Part shown: positions 1-9,020 of the stretch, piece by piece
How positions within the stretch are numbered: the stretch's first letter is position 1
Layout: every line of letters begins with the position of its first letter
Assembly: GCA_964639255.1 (NCBI GenBank)
Contig: CAZXDP010000009.1
Location: forward strand, 788 to 64,787
Source of the DNA: an uncultured Flavobacteriaceae bacterium
Lineage (GTDB): Bacteria; Bacteroidota; Bacteroidia; Flavobacteriales; Flavobacteriaceae
Direction of reading: 5' to 3'
Length of the DNA stretch: 64,000 bases
The notes under the pieces: generated by a model
The model's input: the letters and a program-made list of their open reading frames with translations, nothing else
Database searches by the model: none
What the model was told of the DNA's origin: nothing
Translations under genes and position numbers: made by a program

Positions 1-1
1 G

Positions 2-382
2 GCGGAAATATTGGAATTTCATGTTGTTCTTGACCGGGCCAACGACCTAGGGCCGGATGCTTCCTCTTCCTTGGAAATTTCTGAAATTACCCAATTGGTA
101 CGAGGCGTAAAAAATATCACCGTGGCTCTAAAGAACCCGGTGGATAAAAGCGATGTGGCTCCTTTCCGTGAGATAAAAGGCATTTTTGAAAAGTCGCTTG
201 CCGTGAATAAAAATTTGCCAAAAGGCCATATCTTGCGGTTTGAAAACCTAGAAGGGAAAAAACCGAAGGGATTCGGTATCGCTGCTCTAGAATTTGAATG
301 GGTAATTGGGAAACAACTCAGTCGAGATATGGAGCAATGGGAATTTTTAAACAAAACTGATATTGCCCATGACGAAGCGTAA
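2..382 (+). CDS. neuB: Nonulosonic (sialic-acid type) acid synthase, C-terminal fragment; 5' end lies outside the window
   Basis: The frame is open from the window edge (same frame as ORF 11..382). The tail ...KSLAVNKNLPKGHILRFENLEGKKPKGFGI... resembles the SAF/antifreeze-like C-terminal domain of NeuB-family synthases. neuC- and neuA-like genes follow immediately. Confidence 0.55.
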   Translation, partial: AEILEFHVVLDRANDLGPDASSSLEISEITQLVRGVKNITVALKNPVDKSDVAPFREIKGIFEKSLAVNKNLPKGHILRFENLEGKKPKGFGIAALEFEWVIGKQLSRDMEQWEFLNKTDIAHDEA

Positions 383-1526
383 AATATGCGTGGTCGTTAC
401 GGCCCGACCTTCCTACAGCCGCATAAAAACCGCCCTTACGGCCATCAAGAACCATCCGAAACTGGAACTGCAATTGGTCATCGCTGGATCGGCCTTGTTA
501 GATAGATATGGTAACGCCGTAGATTTTATCGAAAAGGACGGATTTACCATTACCGAAAAAGTATTTATGGTACTTGAAGGAGAGAACCCAACCGCTATGG
601 CGAAAACCACGGGACTTGGCGTTATGGAATTGGCAAATGTGTTTTACAACCTTCAGCCCGACGCAGTAGTTACCATAGCCGACAGATTTGAGACCATTGC
701 CACCTCTATCGCAGCCGCTTACCAAAATATTCCGTTGGTGCATATTCAAGGAGGAGAGGTAACGGGTAACATTGATGAAAAGGTGCGACATGCCAATACA
801 AAATTGGCTGATCTTCATTTGGTAGCTTCGGAAGAAGCGAGAAACCGCGTTATAAAATTGGGCGAGGATCCAGAATTTGTAAAGAATACTGGTTGTCCGT
901 CCATAGATCTGGCTGCACAGGTACTTGAAAACCCTTCTTTGGATTTCGATCCTATAGAAAAATACGGTGGAGTTGGAGGAAATTTCAATGTTGACAATGG
1001 ATACCTTGTGGTAATGCAACATCCTGTAACCACCGAATATAAAGCGGCTCGTGAAAATGTTCTAAAAACTTTGCGTGCTGTCCACACCTTAAATATGCCT
1101 ACCTTTTGGTTCTGGCCCAATGTTGATGCCGGCGCCGATGGCACATCCAATGGAATTCGCTCGTATCGCGAAAAATACGATCCGGAATACATCCATTTTT
1201 TCAAAAATATGGAGCCGGTCGATTTTCTAAAGCTGCTCGCCAATAGTAAGTGCCTAATAGGGAATAGCAGTGTAGGCCTTCGCGAATGCTCCTTTTTGGG
1301 AGTGCCCGTGGTTAATATTGGCAGCCGCCAAAACCGCCGGCTTCGGGGCGATAATGTTCTTGATGTACCTTATTCCGAAGAAGCCATAGAAAATGGAGTA
1401 AAAGAACAATTAGTGCGCCCTAAAAACAATCGAAGCACCATTTACGGTAAGGGTGGAAGTGGAAAGATCATTGCTGATTTGCTAGCTACGACCGAACTGC
1501 GTTTTCATAAAACCATCACATATTGA
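369..1526 (+). CDS. neuC: UDP-N-acetylglucosamine 2-epimerase (hydrolysing, NeuC type)
   Basis: N-terminus KRKICVVVTARPSYSRIK... and overall length (about 385 aa) are typical of NeuC/LegG-type epimerases. The ATG at 369 is preferred over the TTG at 363. It overlaps the neuB stop. Confidence 0.72.
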   Translation: MTKRKICVVVTARPSYSRIKTALTAIKNHPKLELQLVIAGSALLDRYGNAVDFIEKDGFTITEKVFMVLEGENPTAMAKTTGLGVMELANVFYNLQPDAVVTIADRFETIATSIAAAYQNIPLVHIQGGEVTGNIDEKVRHANTKLADLHLVASEEARNRVIKLGEDPEFVKNTGCPSIDLAAQVLENPSLDFDPIEKYGGVGGNFNVDNGYLVVMQHPVTTEYKAARENVLKTLRAVHTLNMPTFWFWPNVDAGADGTSNGIRSYREKYDPEYIHFFKNMEPVDFLKLLANSKCLIGNSSVGLRECSFLGVPVVNIGSRQNRRLRGDNVLDVPYSEEAIENGVKEQLVRPKNNRSTIYGKGGSGKIIADLLATTELRFHKTITY

Positions 1527-2224
1527 TGCGAGTATTGGGTATCATACCTGCACGGGGCGGTAGCAAGGGCATTCCTCATAAAAACCGAAGGGAACTTAGC
1601 GGTAAGCCATTGTTATATTATACAATAGAGGCTGCACTTCAAGCAAAGAAATTGGATCGCGTCATTTTTTCCTCAGACGATGAAAGGCTCATCTCCCTGG
1701 CTCGGAGAGCTGGTGTCGAGGTTCCTTTTGTGCGACCTTCCCATCTGGCGCAAGTCGATTCAGGTTCTTTAGCCGTAGTGCAGCACGCGGTACAATATTT
1801 AGAAGAACAAGGCCATCAATACGATGCCGTATGCCTTTTACAGGTTACCAATCCATTCCGCACAGCAACTGATATAGACAGCGCTATATCAAAATTTCAG
1901 GATGAACATACAGATTCGCTTATTTCAGTAGTGCCGGTTCCCCACGAATTCAATCCGCATTGGGTTTTTGAGCCTACTATACGTGGAACACTGAAACTGG
2001 CCACCGGTGACAAAGAGATCATTCAGCGAAGGCAGGAATTGCCCAAAGCATATATTCGTGATGGAGCAATCTATCTCACTAAAACTGAAGTGTTGTTTCA
2101 GAAAAACTCTTTCTATGGTTCCACGATAGGGTATGTAATTTCTGATGCCGAACGACATGTGAATATCGATACGGAAGCAGACTGGCAAAGAGCCGAAATG
2201 CTCGCTAAAAAATTGAAAGTCTGA
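1526..2224 (+). CDS. neuA: Acylneuraminate (nonulosonate) cytidylyltransferase
   Basis: MRVLGIIPARGGSKGIPHKN is the classic CMP-NeuAc/CMP-Kdo synthetase family N-terminal motif. The ATG at 1526 shares its A with the neuC TGA (TGATG overlap). Confidence 0.75.
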   Translation: MRVLGIIPARGGSKGIPHKNRRELSGKPLLYYTIEAALQAKKLDRVIFSSDDERLISLARRAGVEVPFVRPSHLAQVDSGSLAVVQHAVQYLEEQGHQYDAVCLLQVTNPFRTATDIDSAISKFQDEHTDSLISVVPVPHEFNPHWVFEPTIRGTLKLATGDKEIIQRRQELPKAYIRDGAIYLTKTEVLFQKNSFYGSTIGYVISDAERHVNIDTEADWQRAEMLAKKLKV

Positions 2225-3924
2225 TGTGTGGTGTCGCAGGAATCATCGGAAACACAATTTCCAGGGAAACGATGGAAAACATGCTGCAACGGCAGCAGCA
2301 TCGCGGTCCCGACCATACTGGCATCTTTTCTGAAAATGGGGTTGTGCTCGGCCATAATCGGCTTTCCATTATCGACCTCTCAGCGGAAGCCAACCAGCCT
2401 TTCCACTCTTCAGATGGAAGGTACGTGCTTGTTTTTAATGGAGAAATTTATAATTATAGAGAACTAAGGGTCAAGCTGAAGCACAAATATCCCTTTACTA
2501 CTCAATCTGATACCGAGGTGCTGCTGGCCGCTTATAGCACTTGGGGAAAAGAATGCCTGTCCCGCCTCAACGGTATGTTTGCCTTCGCCATTTGGGATAC
2601 ACAACGGCAACAGCTTTTTGCCGCCCGTGATCGGTTTGGTGTAAAACCTTTCTATTATTCCCTCTATGACAAATCCTTCTATTTTGCCTCTGAGATTAAA
2701 ACTTTGTTTGAAGCAAAGGTCCCTAGGTCGGCCCATGAGAAAGTATGGGCCAACTATTTTGCCTATGGTAGTTACGGAATGCCCAATGAAACCTTCTGGG
2801 ATGGTATTTTCCAATTACCAGCGGGACATTTTCTATTTTTTGAAAATGGTAAAGTCTCTATAAAACAATGGTATGTCTTTGAAAAGGAGATCCAAACCCA
2901 TTCCGAAGCGCAGTCATTGGAAGCTGTAGCGGAAAAATACTTGAGTTTGCTGGAAGATAGCATTGCATTGCGTTTTCGAGCAGATGTTCCTATAGGGTTC
3001 AATATTAGTGGCGGGCTAGACAGTTCCTTGCTGCTCGCATTGGTCAATAAAAATAAGGAAGGCGGCAACATTGGCGCCTTTACGTTTTACACCGGTGACG
3101 AACGGTATGACGAGCTTCCTTGGGTGGAAGCGTTAATTTCCATCACAAAGAACCCGTTACACAAGATAAAGCTGGAGCTTTGTGAGGTTCGAGAATGGAG
3201 TCAGTTGTTGGCAGAGCAACAAGATGAACCTTATGGAGGGCTGCCTACCATTGCCTATGCAAAGTTGTTCTCGGAAGCCAGAAAGTTAGGCACTTTAGTG
3301 CTGCTCGACGGGCAGGGAATGGACGAGCAGTGGGCCGGATACGATTACTATGGCAAAGCAAATGGGGAAATCCTTCAGGGTGTTCGAAAATCGCCCCTTC
3401 GACCCGATGTGCTTTCGCGTGATTTTTTAGCCCTAGCCGAAAAACCTGAATATCCAGCACCCTTTGAGGAAGCTCTTCTAAATTTACAGTACCGTGATCT
3501 GTTCTATACTAAGCTCCCAAGGGCCCTTCGGTTCAACGACCGAATATCTATGGTGGCCGGTACAGAGTTGAGGGAACCGTTTTTGGATTACCGATTAGTG
3601 GAATTCGCCTTCGCACAACCAAAACGATTCAAGATACAGGATGGGAGGCATAAGTATGTATTGCGATTGTTGGTCAAGAAACTATTGCCAGATACCCTAC
3701 GGTTAGCCCCCAAAAGGGCTCTGCAAACACCCCAACGGGAGTGGTTGGGAAACGAGCTACAGCCTTGGACCCGGGAGTGCGTACTATCATTGAGAAAACA
3801 TCCTTGGTTCCAAGACGATCTTCTAGAGAAAGAATTGGACTGCTATATAACGGGCGACCGGGACAGTAGTTTCCATATATGGCAGTGGATCAATTCTTCT
3901 TTGTTGATGGGGAAAAACAAATGA
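2224..3924 (+). CDS. asnB: Asparagine synthase (glutamine-hydrolysing)-like amidotransferase
   Basis: The MCGVAGIIG N-terminal Cys nucleophile indicates a class II glutamine amidotransferase. The SGGLDSS PP-loop is at ...GFNISGGLDSSLLLAL.... Length is 566 aa. The start has a TGATG overlap with the neuA stop. Confidence 0.8.
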   Translation: MCGVAGIIGNTISRETMENMLQRQQHRGPDHTGIFSENGVVLGHNRLSIIDLSAEANQPFHSSDGRYVLVFNGEIYNYRELRVKLKHKYPFTTQSDTEVLLAAYSTWGKECLSRLNGMFAFAIWDTQRQQLFAARDRFGVKPFYYSLYDKSFYFASEIKTLFEAKVPRSAHEKVWANYFAYGSYGMPNETFWDGIFQLPAGHFLFFENGKVSIKQWYVFEKEIQTHSEAQSLEAVAEKYLSLLEDSIALRFRADVPIGFNISGGLDSSLLLALVNKNKEGGNIGAFTFYTGDERYDELPWVEALISITKNPLHKIKLELCEVREWSQLLAEQQDEPYGGLPTIAYAKLFSEARKLGTLVLLDGQGMDEQWAGYDYYGKANGEILQGVRKSPLRPDVLSRDFLALAEKPEYPAPFEEALLNLQYRDLFYTKLPRALRFNDRISMVAGTELREPFLDYRLVEFAFAQPKRFKIQDGRHKYVLRLLVKKLLPDTLRLAPKRALQTPQREWLGNELQPWTRECVLSLRKHPWFQDDLLEKELDCYITGDRDSSFHIWQWINSSLLMGKNK

Positions 3925-3930
3925 ACGTTT

Positions 3931-4146
3931 TCTACTCGCTTCTCGATACGATTTCTATAAAGCCGATGGCTTTATAAAAATCTACTCGAAGTGACAAACA
4001 AGTGCATTGTCAGGCCGAGTTTTTAAAACCGTGGAGCGGTTTTGGAAAAGTATCGAGACCAGGTCACTTCTCGAAACATTTTTTCCTTTCCGCTATCGCT
4101 TCAAGAAAAAAACACTCGAAGTGACAGAACATTGGCAGGCCGAGTG
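3931..4146. repeat. Cluster of short palindromic intergenic repeat units (REP-like)
   Basis: ACTCGAAGTGACA occurs at 3984-3996 and 4114-4126. Each copy is followed 14 or 9 nt later by CAGGCCGAGT (4011-4020, 4136-4145), forming imperfect hairpins (ACTCG..TGACA / TGTCA..CGAGT). Related pieces are CTTCTCGATACG at 3939-3950, TATCGAGAC at 4051-4059 and GTCACTTCTCGAA at 4063-4075. The same motifs recur inverted at 10171-10316. Confidence 0.65.
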
Positions 4147-4228
4147 AATTTGAGAAATACGATAGCGTTATCTCAAATTTGTAGAGAGATCCTTTTCATT
4201 TCAATCCCTTTTTTTATCTTGCCGACCT

Positions 4229-5617
4229 ATGAAAAAACTCGGCATTGTGATTACCGATGGGGTGGGCTTCCGAAATTTCGTGCTGAGCGATTTCCTGAAG
4301 GAGGCACAACAGCAATTCGATGAGCTCACCATCTTCTCCTTTCTGCCATCAAATGTATATCACGGTCATACCAATTGCCGGGTCATCGAGCTTCCCGTGT
4401 TGCGTGAATCTTTTCCTACCTGGTTTTTTAGGAAGGCCAAGGAGCTTGCACACCTGCAACTGCATAAAAAGGGCAATTTCGGCATTTCCGATAACCTGCG
4501 CGCCAATGCTTCCACCGCTAAAACACCTCGCGGCCGTGCCACCCGATTGCTGTTGAAGTGGACCGCCCATTTCCATAGCGAAAAATGGATTGCCCGCTAC
4601 ACCCGCCTGCAGGCGCATAGTTTTAAGAACAATGCGGTGACCTTGGAATACCAACAGTTGCTGGAAAATGACAACTTCAGTTTGCTTTTCTTCACCCACC
4701 AACGCCCTCCCTATTTGGCGCCGCTGGCATATGTGGCACAAAAAACGGGTATTCCCACAGTTTCCTTTATTTTCAGTTGGGACAACCTCGCTTCCAAAGG
4801 GCGGATGGCCGCCGATTTTGATAAGTATATTGTTTGGAGCGACTTGATGAAAACCGAATTGCTGCAGTTCTATTCGCGCACCCGGCCCGAAACGGTAAAG
4901 GTAGCCGGGACACCACAGTTTGAGCCCTACGTGCTTCCGAGGTATAAAACCGAAAAAAAAGCGTTTTATCAACGGTTTAATTTAAATGCTGAAAGTAGAA
5001 CCATTTGCTTCAGTTGTGGCGATAGTTCTACCAGTAAGAATGATGAGCTGTATATCAGCATCTTGGCGGAAGCTCTTCAGAAAAATGACATTCCAGAGGT
5101 ACATTTGCTGGTACGCACCTCACCGGCCGAGGACCCCATCCGATTTCAGGAGATTTCTGAAAAATATACATTCATAAAATGGAACTATCCCGACTGGAAA
5201 TTGAGTCGCGAAAACCATCCCGAGCCTTGGTCCCAGCGGGTTCCTTCAGAACAGGACGTGCACGATTTAAGAGCTATTTTAGAGCACGCCGACCTGAACA
5301 TCAATATGCTTTCTACGATGAGCTTAGATTTTATGCTGTTTGATAAACCCGTTATCAATCCGGTGTTTGGTACAGGGGAAAATGACCTGTACAACGACCA
5401 GCGTTTCTTGAAATATGCACACATTGAATATTTGGTCGATAGTGGTGCTACCAAAATCGTTACCGATCAAAATGAATTGTTGCAAGCGGTGAATTTTTAT
5501 TTGGAACATCCTGAGGCCGATCGCGAAAACCGAAAAGAATTGGTCGCCCTGGAAGTGGGCTGCCCATTGAAAGGCACTGGAAAGAGAATTGCCAAACTAT
5601 TGAGAGAATGGGGTTAA
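4229..5617 (+). CDS. Conserved hypothetical protein of the polysaccharide locus, possibly a GT-B-fold transferase of unassigned family
   Basis: A 462-aa ORF with good coding appearance. The C-terminal segment ...LRAILEHADLNINMLSTMSLDFMLFDKPVINPVFG... resembles the donor-binding C-terminal half of GT-B or TagF-like transferases. I recognise no family-specific motif. Confidence 0.4.
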   Translation: MKKLGIVITDGVGFRNFVLSDFLKEAQQQFDELTIFSFLPSNVYHGHTNCRVIELPVLRESFPTWFFRKAKELAHLQLHKKGNFGISDNLRANASTAKTPRGRATRLLLKWTAHFHSEKWIARYTRLQAHSFKNNAVTLEYQQLLENDNFSLLFFTHQRPPYLAPLAYVAQKTGIPTVSFIFSWDNLASKGRMAADFDKYIVWSDLMKTELLQFYSRTRPETVKVAGTPQFEPYVLPRYKTEKKAFYQRFNLNAESRTICFSCGDSSTSKNDELYISILAEALQKNDIPEVHLLVRTSPAEDPIRFQEISEKYTFIKWNYPDWKLSRENHPEPWSQRVPSEQDVHDLRAILEHADLNINMLSTMSLDFMLFDKPVINPVFGTGENDLYNDQRFLKYAHIEYLVDSGATKIVTDQNELLQAVNFYLEHPEADRENRKELVALEVGCPLKGTGKRIAKLLREWG

Positions 5618-6687
5618 CCGAACGAAAAATAGCGGTGCTTTGCGATTACGAGTTGTTGCCCGAACGGGTAGGGGGGATGGATTATTTCTTTTGGGAATTT
5701 GAGGCGAGATGTAAGCAAGAACATATTGACGTTCACTGGTTCTTTCCGAACAAAGCTTCGCACGGCAGGTATGTTAACATGACTATTTTTCCGCAGATGG
5801 CCACTTCCATCGAAGCCACTTTTTTACAATATGCTGATGCCGAAAAACCCCAATACACCTATATTATCACCCATTTTTTGGAGTTGTGCACCCCTTTTTT
5901 TAAGAAAATAAAAACCATTTGCAAAGCGAAGACCATCGCCGTAGACCACAATCCGCGCCCGTTAAAAGGCTATCCGCTAAAAAAGCGCCTTAGAAAACGA
6001 TTAAAGGGATGGCTGTATTCGCCGTACATCGACGTATTTGTGGGAGTTTCCAACTATACCGTAGAGGAATTGATAAAGGATTTTGGGAAACACATCCACT
6101 CCAAAACGATTACAATTTACAATGGCGTAATTCTAGATGAAATAGTAATACGAAAAGATAGGGCTCTAAAACACCCCAAATTCCTAGTTGCTTCGCATTT
6201 GCGCGAATCGAAAGGCATTCAGGATTTGATCGAGGCCGTAGCTTTGCTTCCTGCCCAATATAAAACCGATTTAAAGATCGATATTTATGGAGACGGGCCG
6301 TATAAAGATCAATTGGTTCAAGCCATTGCCAAGCACCAACTTCAGGAAAATTTTATCTTTCACGGCAGTACCGATTCTTTGAAAGGGGTCTTTTGCCAAT
6401 ACGACTATCTCCTGCACCCCACCCATATGGAGTGCTTTAGTCTCACCTTATTGGAAAGTTTAGCGGCCAATGTCCCGGTCGTTACAACGCCCGTGGGAGG
6501 AAATACAGAGGTGGTTCGCCACGGCGAAAATGGTTTTTTATTCGAAACTCAAAATGCGGAGCAACTTGCTTCCCTACTGGAGAAATTAATTATTGGCGAA
6601 AAAAAAATCACTGCCAACACCCGCACCGATATCGCCGAAAGATTTACAATTGAAAGGATGGTGGATGAACATTTTAACCGTTTATAA
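5608..6687 (+). CDS. Glycosyltransferase family 4 (GT-B, retaining type)
   Basis: E-x7-E region ...HPTHMECFSLTLLESLAANVPVVTTPVGGNTEVVRHGENGFLF.... It overlaps the upstream gene by 10 nt. Confidence 0.8.
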   Translation: MGLTERKIAVLCDYELLPERVGGMDYFFWEFEARCKQEHIDVHWFFPNKASHGRYVNMTIFPQMATSIEATFLQYADAEKPQYTYIITHFLELCTPFFKKIKTICKAKTIAVDHNPRPLKGYPLKKRLRKRLKGWLYSPYIDVFVGVSNYTVEELIKDFGKHIHSKTITIYNGVILDEIVIRKDRALKHPKFLVASHLRESKGIQDLIEAVALLPAQYKTDLKIDIYGDGPYKDQLVQAIAKHQLQENFIFHGSTDSLKGVFCQYDYLLHPTHMECFSLTLLESLAANVPVVTTPVGGNTEVVRHGENGFLFETQNAEQLASLLEKLIIGEKKITANTRTDIAERFTIERMVDEHFNRL

Positions 6688-6698
6688 ACAGCGCCAGA

Positions 6699-8132
6699 AT
6701 GCTTTTCAATTCTCTGACCTTCGCTATTTTTCTGCCTGTTGTTTTCGCGCTGTATTGGTTTGTATTCAATCATAAAATCAGTTGGCGCAATACGTTTATT
6801 CTGGTGGCTAGTTATGTATTTTATGGTTGGTGGGATTGGCGATTTCTTTCCTTAATAGTCTTCAGTACCTTGGCTGATTTTATTTTGGGCATCTTGTTGG
6901 CAAAAGAGCTACCCAAGCACTACAAAAAAATTCTATTGGGAATTAGCTTAATGGTCAATTTGGGGCTACTTGGATTTTTCAAATATTACAATTTCTTCAT
7001 AGACAGTTGGATCTCGATTTGGGAGGAGTTTGGTGTTGCAATGTCTGCTTCCTCATTAGAGATTGTTTTACCAGTAGGTATTTCTTTCTATACTTTTCAA
7101 ACATTGAGTTACACCATAGATGTGTATCGCGAAAGGCTAGAGCCTACCACCAATTTGACAAATTTTGCAGCTTACGTTGCGTTTTTTCCTCAACTTGTGG
7201 CCGGTCCAATAGAACGGGCCAATAGATTGCTGCCACAGTTCAATCAAAACCGAAATTTTGATTATCGACGGGGTATTTCTGGTATTAATTTAATCATCTG
7301 GGGCCTTTTCAAAAAAGTCGTGGTCGCCGATAGCTGTGCCATTTACGCAGATGAAATTTTTGGTAACACTAATAATATGAATTCTGCCAGCCTTGTTTTG
7401 GGCGCTATCTATTTCGCTTTTCAGATATATGGCGATTTTTCCGGGTATTCAGATATTGCCATTGGCACGGCCAGATTGTTCGGTTTTTCTTTGATGAAGA
7501 ATTTCGATTACCCTTATTTTTCAAGAAATATCGCAGAATTTTGGAGACGATGGCACATTTCGCTTTCCACGTGGTTCAGGGATTATCTGTACATTCCTTT
7601 AGGCGGTTCTCGCGGTTCCAAACCAAAACAAATCCGGAACGTGATTATCATTTTTGTCGTAAGCGGTTTTTGGCACGGGGCTAATTGGACTTTCGTTGTT
7701 TGGGGCTTTCTTCACGCCCTGTATTATATTCCACTCTTATTGGCCGGCAGAAACCGTTCATTTTTAGATAATATAAATATTAAATCTTACTTTCCCCGTT
7801 TTTCAGAATGGTGGCGCATTATAGTAACTTTCATACTTGTAACAGTAGCCTGGATATTCTTTCGGGCAGATTCTCTATCGCATGCCTATCAATATATTTT
7901 AAGGATGGTTACGAATTTGAATTTTGAAATTTCATATTTATCGATCGAACGATATAATATAGAAATGCTTGGCATCATTTTCATTTTATTGTTATTTGAA
8001 TGGTTCCACCGTAAACGGGAGCAACCGTTTGTGGGACGATATAAGTGGATAAAAATGTGTGCAGTTATTACATTAATGCTAACATTAGGAGTATATTCAG
8101 ATTATAAGGAATTTATCTATTTTCAATTTTAA
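6699..8132 (+). CDS. MBOAT-family membrane O-acyltransferase (AlgI/DltB-like)
   Basis: Polytopic membrane protein of 477 aa. It has the MBOAT signature around the invariant His: ...IAEFWRRWHISLSTWFRDYLYIPLGGSRG.... Confidence 0.85.
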   Translation: MLFNSLTFAIFLPVVFALYWFVFNHKISWRNTFILVASYVFYGWWDWRFLSLIVFSTLADFILGILLAKELPKHYKKILLGISLMVNLGLLGFFKYYNFFIDSWISIWEEFGVAMSASSLEIVLPVGISFYTFQTLSYTIDVYRERLEPTTNLTNFAAYVAFFPQLVAGPIERANRLLPQFNQNRNFDYRRGISGINLIIWGLFKKVVVADSCAIYADEIFGNTNNMNSASLVLGAIYFAFQIYGDFSGYSDIAIGTARLFGFSLMKNFDYPYFSRNIAEFWRRWHISLSTWFRDYLYIPLGGSRGSKPKQIRNVIIIFVVSGFWHGANWTFVVWGFLHALYYIPLLLAGRNRSFLDNINIKSYFPRFSEWWRIIVTFILVTVAWIFFRADSLSHAYQYILRMVTNLNFEISYLSIERYNIEMLGIIFILLLFEWFHRKREQPFVGRYKWIKMCAVITLMLTLGVYSDYKEFIYFQF

Positions 8133-9010
8133 TGGCAAAATTTGGCCTATATATTTTTACGGTGCTCTTAAGTACGATAATACTTGCGGTCTTGTTGGAT
8201 CGGCTCTATTCCTTTGTATATCAACATAGTGAACCGCGCTCTAAGATCCAATACATCCTTCAACTTGAAAACAAGGAGTTTGATATTGCCTTTTTTGGTT
8301 CCTCCCGGACTGAAAATCATATAGATTGCGATTTAATTGCCAAAATGACTGGAGAATCTTGTATCAATTTGGGTGAAGCAGGAAGCAACATAGACGATAT
8401 GTTATTACTAATGAAAATCGCGTTGGACAACAATATTCAATTTAAAAAAGTGTTTATGCAAGTTGACTATTCTTATAATTACTCAGGTTATTCTAAGAAA
8501 TTTATCGCTAGCTTAACTCCTTTTCTAAATCGACCAATTGTATCGAATGGGTTATTTGGAGCAGATGAGATAGTTGCATATAAATATGTTCCGTTTTATC
8601 GATACATGGATAACAGTAAAATTGTCGGGTTTCGGGAGTTCATTGCAAGTATAGTTGGTAAAAAGACGAAAGTTGACTTAAGTAATGGGTTTAAGCCAAA
8701 ATATGGAATTGGTGAAGCGCTCGCTGGAGAATTCCCCAGATTTTTTAGTGAAAGAAATCTGGTACTTGAAGAGATGATTGGTTTGTTCAAAAAAAGGGAT
8801 ACGGATTTACAATTTTTCATAGCTCCTTATTGTGAAAATGTAGAAAATAGAGAGCTTCTAAACACATTGGAATTGCGTCTCGAAGGCATTTTAAATTATG
8901 TCTCAATCTTTGATGGTCAAGAAGAATTATTTTATAATTGTGGCCATTTAAATAATGTAGGTGCTGAAAAATTTACCAAGATATTGATGAAAGATAGTGG
9001 TATACTTTGA
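8132..9010 (+). CDS. Partner protein of the MBOAT (DltD/AlgJ/SGNH-like, putative O-acyl relay)
   Basis: The start codon abuts the MBOAT stop (TAATG). It has a single N-terminal TM helix, then ...DIAFFGSSRTENHID..., which resembles the GDS(L)/SGNH block I serine. MBOAT plus a small SGNH-like partner is a standard pairing. Confidence 0.45.
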   Translation: MAKFGLYIFTVLLSTIILAVLLDRLYSFVYQHSEPRSKIQYILQLENKEFDIAFFGSSRTENHIDCDLIAKMTGESCINLGEAGSNIDDMLLLMKIALDNNIQFKKVFMQVDYSYNYSGYSKKFIASLTPFLNRPIVSNGLFGADEIVAYKYVPFYRYMDNSKIVGFREFIASIVGKKTKVDLSNGFKPKYGIGEALAGEFPRFFSERNLVLEEMIGLFKKRDTDLQFFIAPYCENVENRELLNTLELRLEGILNYVSIFDGQEELFYNCGHLNNVGAEKFTKILMKDSGIL

Positions 9011-9020
9011 ATCAAATCCA

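Noticed and set aside
4042-4323. 93-aa ORF spanning the 3925-4228 gap
   Set aside because: It is built from the palindromic repeat units and runs into the next gene in another frame. The repeats recur inverted at 10.2 kb, where they are not in any comparable ORF.
4349-4972. 207-aa ORF on the - strand
   Set aside because: It lies antisense within the 4229-5617 gene in a GC-rich stretch. It is Arg/Gly/Pro-rich and shadow-like, whereas the sense frame gives a coherent 462-aa protein.
6599-6607. A9 tract in a GT4 gene, and A8 at 4953-4960 in the 462-aa gene, as slipped-strand phase-variation sites
   Set aside because: Both simply encode Lys-Lys(-Lys) in an AAA-preferring genome. They are short for efficient slippage, and the A9 lies only about 27 codons from the gene end. 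There is no supporting evidence without population read data.
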